Shown piece by piece: positions 25,366 to 38,650 of a DNA stretch of 64,000 bases; within the stretch, counting starts at the first letter, position 1; the number at the start of each line of letters is the position of its first letter. Under the pieces are notes generated by a model that saw only the letters and a list, made by a program, of their open reading frames with translations, did not search any database and was not told the DNA's origin. The DNA is from Nemertoderma westbladi (taxonomy: Eukaryota > Animalia > Xenacoelomorpha): assembly GCA_032718475.1 (NCBI GenBank), contig JAUCBJ010002721.1:1-64000 (forward strand), given 5' to 3'. A program made the position numbers and the translations under genes.

Positions 25366-26309
25366 GGGGTGGGGAAGATGGAGTGGAAGGTACAGGTGGA
25401 TCTGTGGAGGGTGGGGATGAAAGTGATAATGAACAATTTACAGGTTTTGAAGGAGTGGGGGGTATGGGAAGATCCGTGGCGGCTATACAAGATAACGTTT
25501 GGAATACAGGAGAATCTATGGAGGGTGTAGAAGATGGAGTGGGGGAGTACAGGGGGTTCTGTGGAGGGTGGAGATGAAACTGATGAACAATTTATAGGTT
25601 TTGACTAACTGCTCAGCCATAGTGATATACAGTTATAAACTCGGTAATAAACTCGTCATACTTTGTGAATTTTCATATAAATCGTCACTAAAGTACCTAA
25701 AGTGGTTAAAATGTTTTAATAAACTCTTTATGTTTATTTGATAAACTATAATATTTTATAATTTTTCCAGAAATGGGGACCATAAAGATTTCTTATGATT
25801 GATTATATATTCAAAAAAAGCTTTATTGGGAGGTGTTACTGGGAACAGTAATGGGTGCATAGCTCCCCTCAGAGACGAAATCTAGGTTAATTTCACATTT
25901 CAGTGTAATTACAACTGGTGTTACATGGTGGGACAAATTGATACAGGCATCGGAAATCACCATTCAAGGGCTCTGATTGGCTGATATCGGGTGTTACATT
26001 GTGGGACAAGTGTTACAGGAATGGACATCAGTTTTTCTCAATTATTTGTTACAAGGAGGTCGGGGCTATTGGGAAATTACCACCATTGAATTCAGCGCAT
26101 CAAGAGCTTTCTGGTGATATATAATATTACATACTTTGGGATTTTTTTTTACAAAAAAAATAGATTTTTGGACACTTTTTATGATTTTGAGCCCAGGATG
26201 TGTAATTGGTAATCCCTAATACAACGCATAGTTTTTTTTACTACATATATGGCAATTTTCAGGACATCATTACCTCTGTGGCCTTGGCCTGTTATTTAAT
26301 ATAAGAGTT

Positions 26310-26564
26310 AATTTACTTATTTGGTGTTTCGTTTATTTCGTGGTTTGTTTATTTACTGTTTTGCTTATTTACTCTTTTGTTTATTTACTGTTTTGATTAT
26401 TTAGTGTTTTGTTTATTTCTTGTTTTGTTTATTACGTGTTTTGTTTATTTACTGTTTTGCTTATTTACTCTTTTGTTTATTTCGTGTTTTGTTTATTTAG
26501 CGTTTTGTTTATTTAGTGTCTTGTTTATTTCTTGTTTTGTTTATTTAGTGTTTTGTTTATTTAG
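26310..26564. repeat. Degenerate (ttttgtttattt..)n T-rich repeat ending at a splice acceptor
   Basis: Repeated gtttattt(ag/ac) units run up to the exon AG at 26563-26564. Confidence 0.75.
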
Positions 26565-26762
26565 TGTATGGTTCAGTTCGCTGGGTCGAAACATTTCAAA
26601 TCGGAATTAGCGGCGACATTCTCTGCTCTTTGTAACGACGCCAACCCAATGGTGCGAGCCACTATCGCAATGTGTTTCCATAAAGTCGCCAGTCAGATAG
26701 GAAATAATGCAATATCGCTGCTCCCCAACCTTCTTAGTTTGCTAAAATCTGACTCTTTAGAG
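26565..26762 (+). CDS. PPP4R4: PP4 regulatory subunit 4, exon
   Basis: CMVQFAG...LCNDANPMVRATIAMCF...LLKSDSLE|gt. Confidence 0.9.
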
Positions 26763-26890
26763 GTTAATACAATTAAATATCATTATTTACATCTGAGTTT
26801 ACATCATTCGAGAGAGTTTATTTAATTCCTAGGATTTCCATTAACTTTATTTCCTTCCCAGATTATCAATGTACTTTTTTTCACTCCAAG

Positions 26891-27272
26891 GTTATCGAAG
26901 GAATAATCCCCAACCTCTCTGATACTCTCGACTCGATGGCCAACAGCTCCACCAATCTGCTCTCCTCTTCCGCTAGGATTAGCCAATCCGCATCCAATGA
27001 CGTCATCACCGCGATCCTATCGTGCGAACGCACAATCCGGGAGTCTCTCAACTGGCGACTCCATCAGAGTCTCCTGGCGACCATCGCCGGAACCGTGACC
27101 TCTCTTGTCTATGACGTCATGTACCATAAACTAGTTCCGGTAGTTCTGGACGTTCTAAAGGCGAGGTTGGTTGTTCCAGTACTGGAAGAAACGTGTCGGA
27201 CCTACTGCGTTCTACTGCGGAACAATTACTGTTCCGATTGGAGGACCGACATGATTAATGTAGCCACTAAAG
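26891..27272 (+). CDS. PPP4R4: PP4 regulatory subunit 4, exon
   Basis: aag|VIEGIIPNLSDTL...SLNWRLHQSLL...|gtgagt. Confidence 0.88.
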
Positions 27273-27280
27273 GTGAGTTT

Positions 27281-27900
27281 CATAATAAACCGACTGCCAT
27301 CACCGGCCCTCCATAATAAACCGACTGCCATCACCGGCCCTTCATAATAAACCGACTGCCATCACCGGCCCTCCATAATAAACCGTCTGCCATCACCGGC
27401 CCTCCATAATAAACCGTCTGCCATCACCGGCCCTCCATAATAAACCGACTGCCATCACCGGCCCTCCTTAATAAACCGACTGCCATCACCGGCCCTCCAT
27501 AATAAACCGACTGCCATCACCGGCCGTCCATAATAAACCGACTGCCATCACCGGCCCTCCATAATAAACCGACTGCCATCACCGGCCCTCCATAATAAAC
27601 CGACTGCCATCACCGGCCCTCCATAATGAACCGACTGCCATCACCGGCCCTCCATAATAAACCGACTGCCATCACCGGCCCTCCATAATAAACCGACTGC
27701 CATCACCGGCCCTCCATAATAAACCGACTGCCATCACCGGCCCTCCATAATAAACCGACTGCCATCACCGGCCCTCCATAATAAACCGACTGCCATCACC
27801 GGCCCTCCATAATAAACCCACTACCATCACCGGCCCCCCCTTAATAAACCGATTACCTATCACCGGCCCTCCAACCTTAAACCTATTACCATCACCGGCC
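27281..27900. repeat. 31-bp minisatellite, about 20 copies
   Basis: cataataaaccgactgccatcaccggccctc; starts 8 nt after the donor site. Confidence 0.95.
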
Positions 27901-28599
27901 TTCTAACATACATAAGTCAATGTACAGAAGGTCTTTCAAGCCTTGGCCATTTGTGTTAGTCTGTGGGTGGTTATTATGGGGTTCATTTCATTTGTGTCAT
28001 TACGTTATATGGATGGAGTCTTGGAATGTTCATATTTTCATCACTGTGTGAAAAGTAGCACTTTTCAGCGTTTTGATCCATAGTATTAATGTATACCCAG
28101 AAAGCACAGCGAGGGTGGATTAAATAAGTACATAAGGATCATAAAAACTGAATAGTTCACCTTTCACAAAACGGTGTACCTAATTTTGTTACATTATCAC
28201 AATAACTTATCGGCGTTCTGAATTCTTCATTATTAGCTTTAATATTTAAATTATATAAAATAGGTTTAGGAATGTTAATGAAATTCATATCCTTTTTATG
28301 AATTGTATTGCAGTTGATGTAACAACTGTACGGTAATTAATCATACTTCTCATTAAATGGCTTTCATCAATGGAGATTACTCAAGATGTGTTCTAGAAGT
28401 TTATTGTTACTAGGTTACTCTGCAGCGCTCCATTCTATAGGCCGCAACGTTGCAAAGAAGTATACTTAGCTGCGTTTCGAAGATATCACCTGAACGCTGA
28501 TAAGTTTGCTATAATGTAACAAAATAGTTACAATTAGTTTTTGTTAAGAATGTTTTTTTGTAATGTTCACTACAATATACATATATTTTCTCATTCCAG

Positions 28600-28820
28600 A
28601 ACTCGGGCGAGGAAAGGGTTGCCACCAACGTTTATTGTTTGTACATTTATGTAAATGCGTTATGGATTTCTTTTCAAAGTCTTTTTTTAAACTCCACTTC
28701 TACGAACCACTTCTAGAACTTTACAACGACCCGGTGTTGAATGTTCGTCTGCGGTTCAGCTATTTACTACCGAAAATGAAACGACTTCTTAAACTTCCAT
28801 CAGATCGAGTTTTATTGCAA
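28600..28820 (+). CDS. PPP4R4: PP4 regulatory subunit 4, exon
   Basis: ELGRGKG..RLLF...FSKSFFK...DPVLNVRL...LKLPSDRVLLQ|gtgagt. Confidence 0.93.
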
Positions 28821-29188
28821 GTGAGTTGCAACTCTAGTTAATATGTTACAATATAGACGTGTATAATTTATCGAAATATGTGTCACTGCATATATAAATC
28901 AACCAATTCCGGTCAGAAATTTGCACAAATGTTTGGTATATTATGTTTTGTCGGTCTGTCCGTCTTTCAGTCACATATCTGTCAACTTATTCATTGATTC
29001 TTAACTCTTGGGGGACTGCAGATTTAAATTATTGGGGTTTTCATTGTCGCTGATTTCATTTCCGATGTTAATTTTCATGTTTGAAGGAATCTAGTCCCTT
29101 CGTTTGTCTTTTGGACTTGCTTTCTGTCCGTCTGTCAAAAATATAATAATAGAGTAAAGTAAAATTAACTTTACTTAACTTTACTCTG

Positions 29189-32142
29189 GCTGAAACCTGG
29201 CCGTCTACTAACAGCTGAAACCTGGCCGTCTACTAACAGCTGAAACCTGGTCGTCTACTAACAGCTGAAACCTGGCCGTCTACTAACAGCTGAAACCTGG
29301 CCGTCTACTAACAGCTGAAACCTGGCCGTCTACTAACAGCTGAAACCTGGCCGTCTACTAAGAGCTGAAACCTGGCCGTCTACTAACAGCTGAAACCTGG
29401 CCGTCTACTAACAGCTGAAACCTGGCCGTCTACTAACAGCTGAAACCTGGCCGTCTACTAACAGCTGAAACCTGGCCGTCTACTAACAGCTGAAACCTGG
29501 CCGTCTACTAACAGCTGAAACCTGGCCGTCTACTAACAGCTGAAACCTGGCCGTCTACTAACAGCTGAAACCTGGCCGTCTACTAACAGCTGAAACCTGG
29601 CCGTCTACTAACAGCTGAAACCTGGCCGTCTACTAACAGCTGAAACCTGGCCGTCTACTAACAGCTGAAACCTGGCCGTCTACTAACAGCTGAAACCTGG
29701 CCGTCTACTAACAGCTGAAACCTGGCCGTCTACTAACAGCTGAAACCTGGCCGTCTACTAACAGCTGAAACCTGGCCGTCTACTAACAGCTGAAACCTGG
29801 CCGTCTACTAACAGCTGAAACCTGGCCGTCTACTAACAGCTGAAACCTGGCCGTCTACTAACAGCTGAAACCTGGCCGTCTACTAACAGCTGAAACCTGG
29901 CCGTCTACTAACAGCTGAAACCTGGCCGTCTACTAACAGCTGAAACCTGGCCGTCTACTAACAGCTGGAACCTGGCCGTCTACTAACAGCTGGAACCTGG
30001 CCGTCTACTAACAGCTGAAACCTGGCCGTCTACTAACAGCTGAAACCTGGCCGTCTACTAACAGCTGAAACCTGGCCGTCTACTAACAGCTGAAACCTGG
30101 CCGTCTACTAACAGCTGAAACCTGGCCGTCTACTAACAGCTGAAACCTGGCCGTCTACTAACAGCTGAAACCTGGCCGTCTACTAACAGCTGAAACCTGG
30201 CCGTCTACTAACAGCTGAAACCTGACCGTCTACTAACAGCTGAAACCTGGCCGTCTACTAACAGCTGAAACCTGACCGTCTACTAACAGCTGAAACCTGA
30301 CCGTCTACTAGCAGCTGAAACCTGGCCGTCTACTAACAGCTGAAACCTGGCCGTCTACTAACAGCTGAAACCTGGCCGTCTACTAACAGCTGAAACCTGG
30401 CCGTCTACTAACAGCTGAAACCTGGCCGTCTACTAACAGCTGAAACCTGGCCGTCTACTAACAGCTGAAACCTGGCCGTCTACTAACAGCTGAAACCTGG
30501 CCGTCTACTAACAGCTGAAACCTGGCCGTCTACTAACAGCTGAAACCTGGCCGTCTACTAACAGCTGAAACCTGGCCGTCTACTAACAGCTGAAACCTGG
30601 CCGTCTACTAACAGCTGAAACCTGGCCGTCTACTAACAGCTGAAACCTGGCCGTCTACTAACAGCTGAAACCTGGCCGTCTACTAACAGCTGAAACCTGG
30701 CCGTCTACTAACAGCTGAAACCTGGCCGTCTACTAACAGCTGAAACCTGGCAGTCTACTAACAGCTGAAACCTGGCAGTCTACTAACAGCTGAAACCTGG
30801 CCGTCTACTAACAGCTGAAACCTGGCCGTCTACTAACAGCTGAAACCTGGCCGTCTACTAACAGCTGAAACCTGGCCGTCTACTAACAGCTGAAACCTGG
30901 CCGTCTACTAACAGCTGAAACCTGGCCGTCTACTAACAGCCTGGCCGTCTACTAACAGCTGAAACCTGGCCGTCTACTAACAGCTGAAACCTGGTCGTCT
31001 ACTAACAGCTGAAACCTGGCCGTCTACTAACAGCTGAAACCTGGCCGTCTACTAACAGCTGAAACCTGGCCGTCTACTAACAGCTGAAACCTGGCCGTCT
31101 ACTAACAGCTGAAACCTGGCCGTCTACTAACAGCTGAAACCTGGCCGTCTACTAACAGCTGAAACCTGTCCGTCTACTAACAGCTGAAACCTGGCCGTCT
31201 ACTAACAGCTGAAACCTGGCCGTCTACTAACAGCTGAAACCTGGCCGTCTACTAACGGCTGAAACCTGGCCGTCTACTAACAGCTGAAACCTGGCCGTCT
31301 ACTAACAGCTGAAACCTGGCCGTCTACTAACAGCTGAAACCTGGTCGTCTACTAACAGCTGAAACCTGGCCGTCTACTAACAGCTGAAACCTGGCCGTCT
31401 ACTAACAGCTGAAACCTGGCCGTCTACTAACAGCTGAAACCTGGCCGTCTACTAACAGCTGAAACCTGGCCGTCTACTAACAGCTGAAACCTGGCCGTCT
31501 ACTAACAGCTGAAACCTGGCCGTCTACTAACAGCTGAAACCTGGCCGTCTACTAACAGCTGAAACCTGGCCGTCTACTAACAGCTGAAACCTGGCCGTCT
31601 ACTAACAGCTGAAACCTGGCCGTCTACTAACAGCTGAAACCTGGCCGTCTACTAACAGCTGAAACCTGGCCGTCTACTAACAGCTGAAACCTGGCCGTCT
31701 ACTAACAGCTGAAACCTGGCCGTCTACTAACAGCTGAAACCTTGCCGTCTACTAACAGCTGAAACCTGGCCGTCTACTAACAGCTGAAACCTGGCCGTCT
31801 ACTAACAGCTGAAACTTGGCCGTCTACTAACAGCTGAAACCTGGCCGTCTACTAACAGCTGAAACCTGGCCGTCTACTAACAGCTGAAACCTGGCCGTCT
31901 ACTAACAGCTGAAACCTGGCCGTCTACTAACAGCTGAAACCTGGCCGTCTACTAACAGCTGAAACCTGGCCGTCTACTAACAGCTGAAACCTGACCGTCT
32001 ACTAACAGCTGAAACCTGGCCGTCTACTAACAGCTGAAACCTGGCCGTCTACTAACAGCTGAAACCTGGCCGTCTACTAACAGCTGAAACCTGGCCGTCT
32101 ACTAACAGCTGAAACCTGGCCGTCTACTAACAGCTGAAACCT
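29189..32142. repeat. 25-bp homogeneous satellite, about 118 copies
   Basis: gctgaaacctggccgtctactaaca with very few variants. Confidence 0.97.
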
Positions 32143-32226
32143 AAACAGCTTTTTATTTGAATTACCGGTACTACAAATTAATTTATATCTGGCACCCTTT
32201 GGTGATAGCGATCTACTACTTTAAGA

Positions 32227-33420
32227 ATGTCGTCGCGGCGGAAAAGAAACAATAACAGCGATGATCAAAGTATGTCCTTATCTTCTCGTCGTCTCAGCAT
32301 TGGAGTTGCAGCTGGGAACCACAATATAAACGAGCCGAAATCTCAACTACACAAACAATCAAAAGAAGAAAACAAAAGGATAAGCGGGAAATCGTCAAAT
32401 TTGGTCACAGCAACTACTAAATCAGTAGCGGATCCCACAGCAAATCGTGACGATGGACTAACTGAGATTGAGGTGAGTTGTTCTGGCTCCAATTGCGACG
32501 TATCGATGATTTGCATGGTAAAGCTATTGACGGATTTCGGTCGCATCGACTTCTACTACGGAAATTGTGTTGGTTGTCGTCTATCTAATTTATCAAAGGA
32601 AATGGAAGCCTTGGAACTGCGAGTAGACCACAATATAACAAAACTCCACGGACAAGTAAATGATTACGATTCTCGGTCTAAGATCTTGGAGGTACAGATC
32701 ATAGATAATAGACGAGCTATGGAGAATGCTTTCAAAAACCTTAGGGTGGAGATATAAAGTAATATCGAAGAGATACAAAAGAAACACGATGATCTAGACC
32801 TAGAACTCGAAGATCTAAAATCCGCTGCCAGTAATCACACGACCTGTAGTACATAGGACTACTAACGGTGATACAACAAGTAATGAATCCTGGCCATGGA
32901 AAAACGTATCATATTCCCGCAACAAAAAAACCAAACAATACAACAAACCTCGCTATACTAACACGGCAACTAAAACACGAAGAATCTGAACAAAATAAAC
33001 GCAGATCAAACATCGTTATATCCGGTTCCAGTCCGCAACAAAATGACAAAGATCTTATTATTGACATCGCCTCTACTCTCAATGTCACACTAGAAGAGAA
33101 CGATATAACCTCTAAACGTGTGGGGAAACTACGAGAAAACAACTCGCAACCCGTAGTAGTTACACTACCCCCAGAAAAACGGGCTTCACTACTACAGAAA
33201 GCTCGTGACTTACGTAAATCACAAAGATATAAACACATATATATATCATTAGATCTCACACCAGAAGAAAGTCGTCTGCAATATGACTTACGACAGGAAA
33301 GACGTGCGATGCAATCTAGTCACCCTGATAAACGCTGGGTCATCTACCGAAACGAAGTGGTTGATTCGACATCTATAAACAATCTAGGAAAAACCAAGAA
33401 CACACCTGGGCTAACCAACG
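32227..33420 (+). pseudogene. Decayed LINE ORF1 (coiled coil plus RRM-type, CR1/L2-like)
   Basis: EQNKRRSNIVISG...RVGK...PVVV...IYISLDLTPEE motif set; internal stop at 32755 and a frameshift. Confidence 0.75.
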
Positions 33421-33564
33421 ATCAATCTTTACATAGACAACGAACATTCTACAGATCTGACTCATCTTCATTTAGTACCTCCTGTAATATATCCCCAACT
33501 ACAACAATTCCATCTCAATCACAGGTAATAAATATTGGAATATATTATATTCCATTAACCAGAC

Positions 33565-34072
33565 TCACGGCACCCATCGGGTCTCCGGTCCCTGCGTGCA
33601 GACCCCTGTCACCCAGCGGGTCTCTGGTCCATGCGTCCAGACCCACGGCAGCCAGTGGGTCTCCGGTCCCTGCGTCCAGACCCACGCACCCAGCGGGTCT
33701 CCGGTCCCTGCGTGCAGACCCACGGCACCCAGCGGGTCTCCGATCCCTGCGTCCAGACCCAAGGCACCCAGTGGGTCTCCGGTCCCTGCGTCCAGAACCA
33801 CGGCACCCATCGGGTCTCCGGTCCCTGCATCCAGACCCACGGCACTCAGCGGGTCTCCGGTCCCTGCTTCCAGACCCACGGCACCCAGCGGGTCTACAGT
33901 CCCTGCGTCCAGACCCACGGCACCCAGTGGGTCTACGGTCCCTACATCCAGTCCCGCGGCACCCAGCGGGTCTCCGGTCCCTGCATCCAGACCCACGGCA
34001 CCCATCGGGTCTCCGATCCTCGCTTCCAGACCCAAGGCACCCAACGGGTCTCAGATCCCTGCGTCCAGACCC
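33565..34072. repeat. 39-bp GC-rich minisatellite
   Basis: cacggcacccagcgggtctccggtccctgcgtccagacc. Confidence 0.9.
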
Positions 34073-34074
34073 AA

Positions 34075-34790
34075 GTTCTCAACTTTTATCATCTCCATTC
34101 CCAACTTTTATCATCTCTATTCCCAACTTTTATCATCTCCATTCTCAACTTTTATCATCTCTATTCCCAACTTTTATCATCTCCATTCTCAACCTTTATC
34201 ATCTCCATTCTCAACTTTTATCATCTCTATTCCCAACTTTTATCATCTCCATTCTCAACTTGTATCATCTCTATTCCCAATTTTTATCATCTCCATTCTC
34301 AACTTTTATCATCTCCATTCTCAACTTTTATCATCTCCATTCTCAACTTTTATCATCTCTATTCCCATCTTTTATCATCTCTTTTCCCAACTTCTATCAT
34401 CTCTATTCCCAACTTTTATCATCTCCATTCTCAACTTTTATCATCTCCATTCTCAACTTTTATCATCTCCATTCTCAACTTTTATCATCTCTATTCCCAA
34501 CTTTTATCATCTATATTCCCAACTTTTATCATCTCTATTCCCAACTTTTATCATCTCCATTCTCAACCTTTATCATCTCCATTCTCAACTTTTATCATAT
34601 CTTTTCCCATCTTTTATCATCTCTATTCCCAACTTTTATCATCTCCAACTTTTATCATCTCTATTCCCAACTTTTATCATCTCTATTCTCAACTTTTATC
34701 ATTTCTAATCTCAACTTTTGTCATCCATATTCCCAACTATTATTATCTCTATTCCCAACTGTTCTCACCTCTATTCCCAATGTTTCTCAC
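34075..34790. repeat. 22-bp pyrimidine-rich minisatellite
   Basis: aacttttatcatctc(c/t)attc(c/t)c. Confidence 0.9.
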
Positions 34791-34794
34791 CCCC

Positions 34795-36766
34795 AAATCC
34801 GGCACTGAAACGTGTATCTACACACTTGAGGAGATTATTAACTATTATCTCACACATAACTCTTGCGTTTATGTGTGCATGCTTGATGCCCCCAAGGCGT
34901 TTGACCGCGTGAACCACTACAAACTTTTCGATAAGCTGCTGATCCGCGGTCTCCCTATCTACATTGTAGGTTTAATTCAATTTTGGTACCGCAATCAGCT
35001 GTTGCGGGTTTGCTGGGATGGAATATTATCATGTTCTTTTTATGTGACTAACGGTACCAGACAAGGTGGTATTCTCTCACCTCTGTTTTATAATGTCTAC
35101 GCTGACGATCTTAGTATTGCTTTGAGTGATAGTGGTGTTGGTTGCATGATCAACTCCATTAGAACTAACCATTTAATTTATGCCGACGACATGTGTCTGG
35201 ATTTCAAATTCAATTTTCGGTTTATAGAAACTCGTTGACATCGCTGTTCAATATGCCAATAGCAATTCAATTATTTTTAATGTAAAAAAAAACGATATGT
35301 TTGTACTTCATTCATAAGTCTTTTTCACTTACCTGTTACTCAAAAATCATATTATACGGTTCTCCCGTTAACCCTATTACCACTGGGGTGTTTAGACCAT
35401 TAGCAGCACTGGCGGGGGGTCGATCCCCCCCCCCCCCCCTCTGAATTTCTGTAATCATCCAATAAAATCCAACGAAATTTGGGCTGTAGGTGAAAAAATT
35501 ATCGAAGAACATTTTCAAATCCAAAAAAATGAAAATTTCATAGGGTGGGTATAATAATTTTCATGAAAAATAGAGGTAGTCCCAGGACAAAATATACATT
35601 TTTTTGATATTCTAGAACTGATAGTGTGGCATTGTTGGCTAGCATTAGTAGGTTTTTCACAACGCTGAATCGAATGTGATTATATTCCATTTCCGAAAAT
35701 TGAACTGGATGCTATTGTTCGTGCACCTAAGAAGTGGGCGTGGTACTTCAAATTTTGAAAAATACGATATTCGGAAAATACCCCCATCTTTTGATTTCAA
35801 CGCGTTTTTATAGGTTTTCTGGACCGCTGAGTCGATTGAAAATATTATTGAAGCCTGAAGACTTAGTGGATCGTCCTTTTTGGAGCACCAAAATTATGGT
35901 GTGGCACTTCAAATATTGAAAAATACGAGATTCTGAAAATAAACCAAAGTTGAGATTTCAACGCACATTTATAGGTGTTCTGGACCGATGAATCAATTGA
36001 AAGTATTTTAGAAGCCTGGAGACTTAGTGGTTCGGCATTTTTGTTGCACCAAAATTAGGGAGTGGTACTTATTCAAATTTTGAAAAAGTACCACGCCCGA
36101 TTGTGGTGTACCAGTAATGACATACCACTAAGACTTGAAGCTACAATATTACTTTCAATCGACTCAGCGGTCCAGATATCCTATAAAAACGGGTTGAAAT
36201 GAAAACCTTGTGGTATTTTCTGAATATCGTAAATTTGAAAATTTGAAGTTGGCCTACTTGCCACGCCCTAATTTTGGTGCACCAAAAATGATATACCACT
36301 AAGAATTGAGTCTTCTATATTACTTTAAATCGATTAAGAGGGCCAGAAAACCCATAAAAATGCGTTGAAATCAAAATTTCGGAGTATTTAACGAATATTG
36401 TATTTTTGAAAATTCGAAGTGCCACGCCCTGATTTAGTGCACCAAAAATGACGTACCACTTCCCCTACATACTTATATAGAGTAGTAGAGTGCTCCATAC
36501 GAATCAGAATCGATAAAAAAAAGCCCAACATAAAGAATTACTAACTCACAAAACCTTGTAAAATTCGAAAATTTCAAAAAAATTTCTGCTGGGGACCTAA
36601 TTTTGAGGTGGCAATCACATCAAAAAGTTGAAATCTGATTGCAACGCCGTTTTTTGCAAAAAATGCGCCATTAAATTTGACTAATTCTCGTAAAAAATTG
36701 AGCTGGTACATAATGTGGTTGCATAGATACAGGAAATAAAAACTAGGAAGGGGCCGATTCGCCCCT

Positions 36767-36798
<32 letters not shown>

Positions 36799-37320
36799 AA
36801 TAGGGTTAAGGTAGTTGACACGTTCAACTACCTAGGGCAGCTGGTCAACTGCTAGTCAACAGTAAGCAGCATAGTCAACTGCTGACAATGATGATATTAT
36901 TAATCAGACGCACTCGCTATATGCCAGAGCGAATACATTAGTTGGGAAATTCGGCAATGCCTCGGTAGCTGTTAAGTGCGCATTATTCCGTGCATATTGC
37001 ACCCCTGTATATTGTAATTCTCTATGGTCTCGCTCAAACTATAGCGAGCGTGTTTAAGTTTATGACAAAATAAGGGTAGCATACAACAATTGTGCCCGAT
37101 TATTATTCAAATTACCACGTCTTACTGACAATGAGCCGACTAGTATGTCACTATCTTTTGGTACGTTAAACCTACCCGTATTTTGTCACATTCACTACAA
37201 CTCTGTGTGTAGCCTCCTCAATAGAATTAAGTCCAACCATAACTGTTTATTGTACACTGTTTACACTGCCTGCAAACCATTCTAGAGATTATTTCCCTTG
37301 AAGCTGTCAGGGTAATAGAC
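34795..37320 (+). mobile_element. 5'-truncated, decayed non-LTR retrotransposon RT, interrupted by piggyBac
   Basis: LDAPKAFDRV, GTRQGGILSP, YADDM; continues KVVDTFNYLG after 36809, then LFRAYC and IRVAYNNCAR; clade not resolved. Confidence 0.8.
35372..36805. mobile_element. Non-autonomous piggyBac element
   Basis: TTAA TSDs (35368-35371, 36806-36809); TIR ccctattacca(c/t)tgggg. Confidence 0.9.
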
Positions 37321-37588
37321 ATTATTACTTTACTAAGTGTGTATGTTTAGTTTTTTACTATTTGTGCTATTGTTGTAATTTTACTTTCGTTTTTACTGTA
37401 GATATGTACGGGGGCGTTCATAAAGTATGTCACGCAAATTTTCCGATTTTTTGACCCCCCCCCCCCCCCGCCCTCTGTCACAAAGTGTCACGTCATTATG
37501 GTACACCCGGTATATGTATTTCCAACTTTTTTTTAACTTATATTATCAACTTTTAATGAATTGTTGTGGGGTGAGTGACGGTTAATTA

Positions 37589-37690
37589 AATATATAATGT
37601 GGATAGGACAATATGATAATGCTCTCCATAGCGAAAAATATTTTTCGCTATGGGGAGCATTATCATATTGTCCTATCCACATTATATATT
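37589..37690. repeat. 102-bp near-perfect palindrome
   Basis: 51-bp arms, no loop, one mismatch. Confidence 0.9.
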
Positions 37691-37929
37691 ATCAACTTTT
37701 GGTAACGTGTTTGCCGATGCTAGTGACGAGGTAGATGACTGCGTGTGTTACTTTCATGTTCAGAATTTTGAGGCCGGTTTCTATTGAGAGCAGAAGTAAG
37801 TGGTTTAAGGTTCCAATTATTTAGTAGGCGGTGGATTTCTTTAGTTTCTGCCGGCGCATGGTTTCTACCACGTAATCTGTACTGCCACTGTTCCCTTCCA
37901 CGCGATAACCAGTGAGTGCCACTACCGGT

Positions 37930-38262
37930 ACCTGCTCCCAACTTTTCTCATCTCTATTTCCAACTTTTGCTTTATCACCTTCACTCCCAATTGTTATTAT
38001 ATATATTCCAAACTTTTCTCATCTCTATTTCCAACCTTTCCAACCTGCTCCCAACTTTTCTCATCTCTATTTCCAACCTTTGCTTTATCACCTTCACTCC
38101 CAATTGTTATTATATATATTCCAAACTTTTCTCATCTCTATTTCCAACCTTTCCAACCTGCTCCCAACTTTTCTCATCTCTATTTCCAACCTTTGCTTTA
38201 TCACCTTCACTCCCAATTGTTATTATATATATTCCAAACTTTTCTCATCTCTATTCTCAACC
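37930..38262. repeat. Higher-order (~117 bp) repeat related to the 22-bp minisatellite
   Basis: ccaacttttctcatctctattt subunits inside larger duplicated blocks. Confidence 0.8.
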
Positions 38263-38288
38263 TATCGATTAAATTTGCAATTTCTCAG

Positions 38289-38393
38289 AAACTGGAATAC
38301 AGTGTCCGTAAGATGACGTCAGTAGAGAACACATCTCCAGAGATTCGCTCACACATACTCGACATGGATGACATTCACATAGTCGTAGAATCG
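38289..38393 (+). CDS. PPP4R4: PP4 regulatory subunit 4, exon
   Basis: cag|KLEYSVRKM...|gtgagt (compare PPP4R4 QLEMCVRKL). Confidence 0.85.
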
Positions 38394-38650
38394 GTGAGTT
38401 ATAGATTTAAATATCTTAATATATATTTTTATTTTCTTGATTTGGTCCATACGACTTTTGCTTTCTGCAATGTTGTTAAAGACGCTTCTCTTTGAGAAAC
38501 CGTGTCCCGGGAACATTCTATTTTATATTTTTTCCTAGGGGCGACGATTTTTAAATTTGTTGCTGTGAACTATTTTTATACCATTTTTACATTTTTGCTA
38601 AATAGATGACATTCATTTACTTTCTTAGTTATTGTTGTGTCATGTACTTG

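Noticed and set aside
24176-25577. CxxC repeat ORFs (ICGGCGR) resembling metal-binding proteins
   Set aside because: Products of the 42-bp minisatellites inside a PPP4R4 intron; no start or splice context
29189-32142. CRISPR-like array
   Set aside because: Head-to-tail identical units with no unique spacers, no cas genes, eukaryotic intron context
33565-34808. Long ORFs (370-646 aa) across the 39-bp and 22-bp repeats
   Set aside because: Open in all frames because the units lack stops; they artificially join LINE ORF1 and RT fragments
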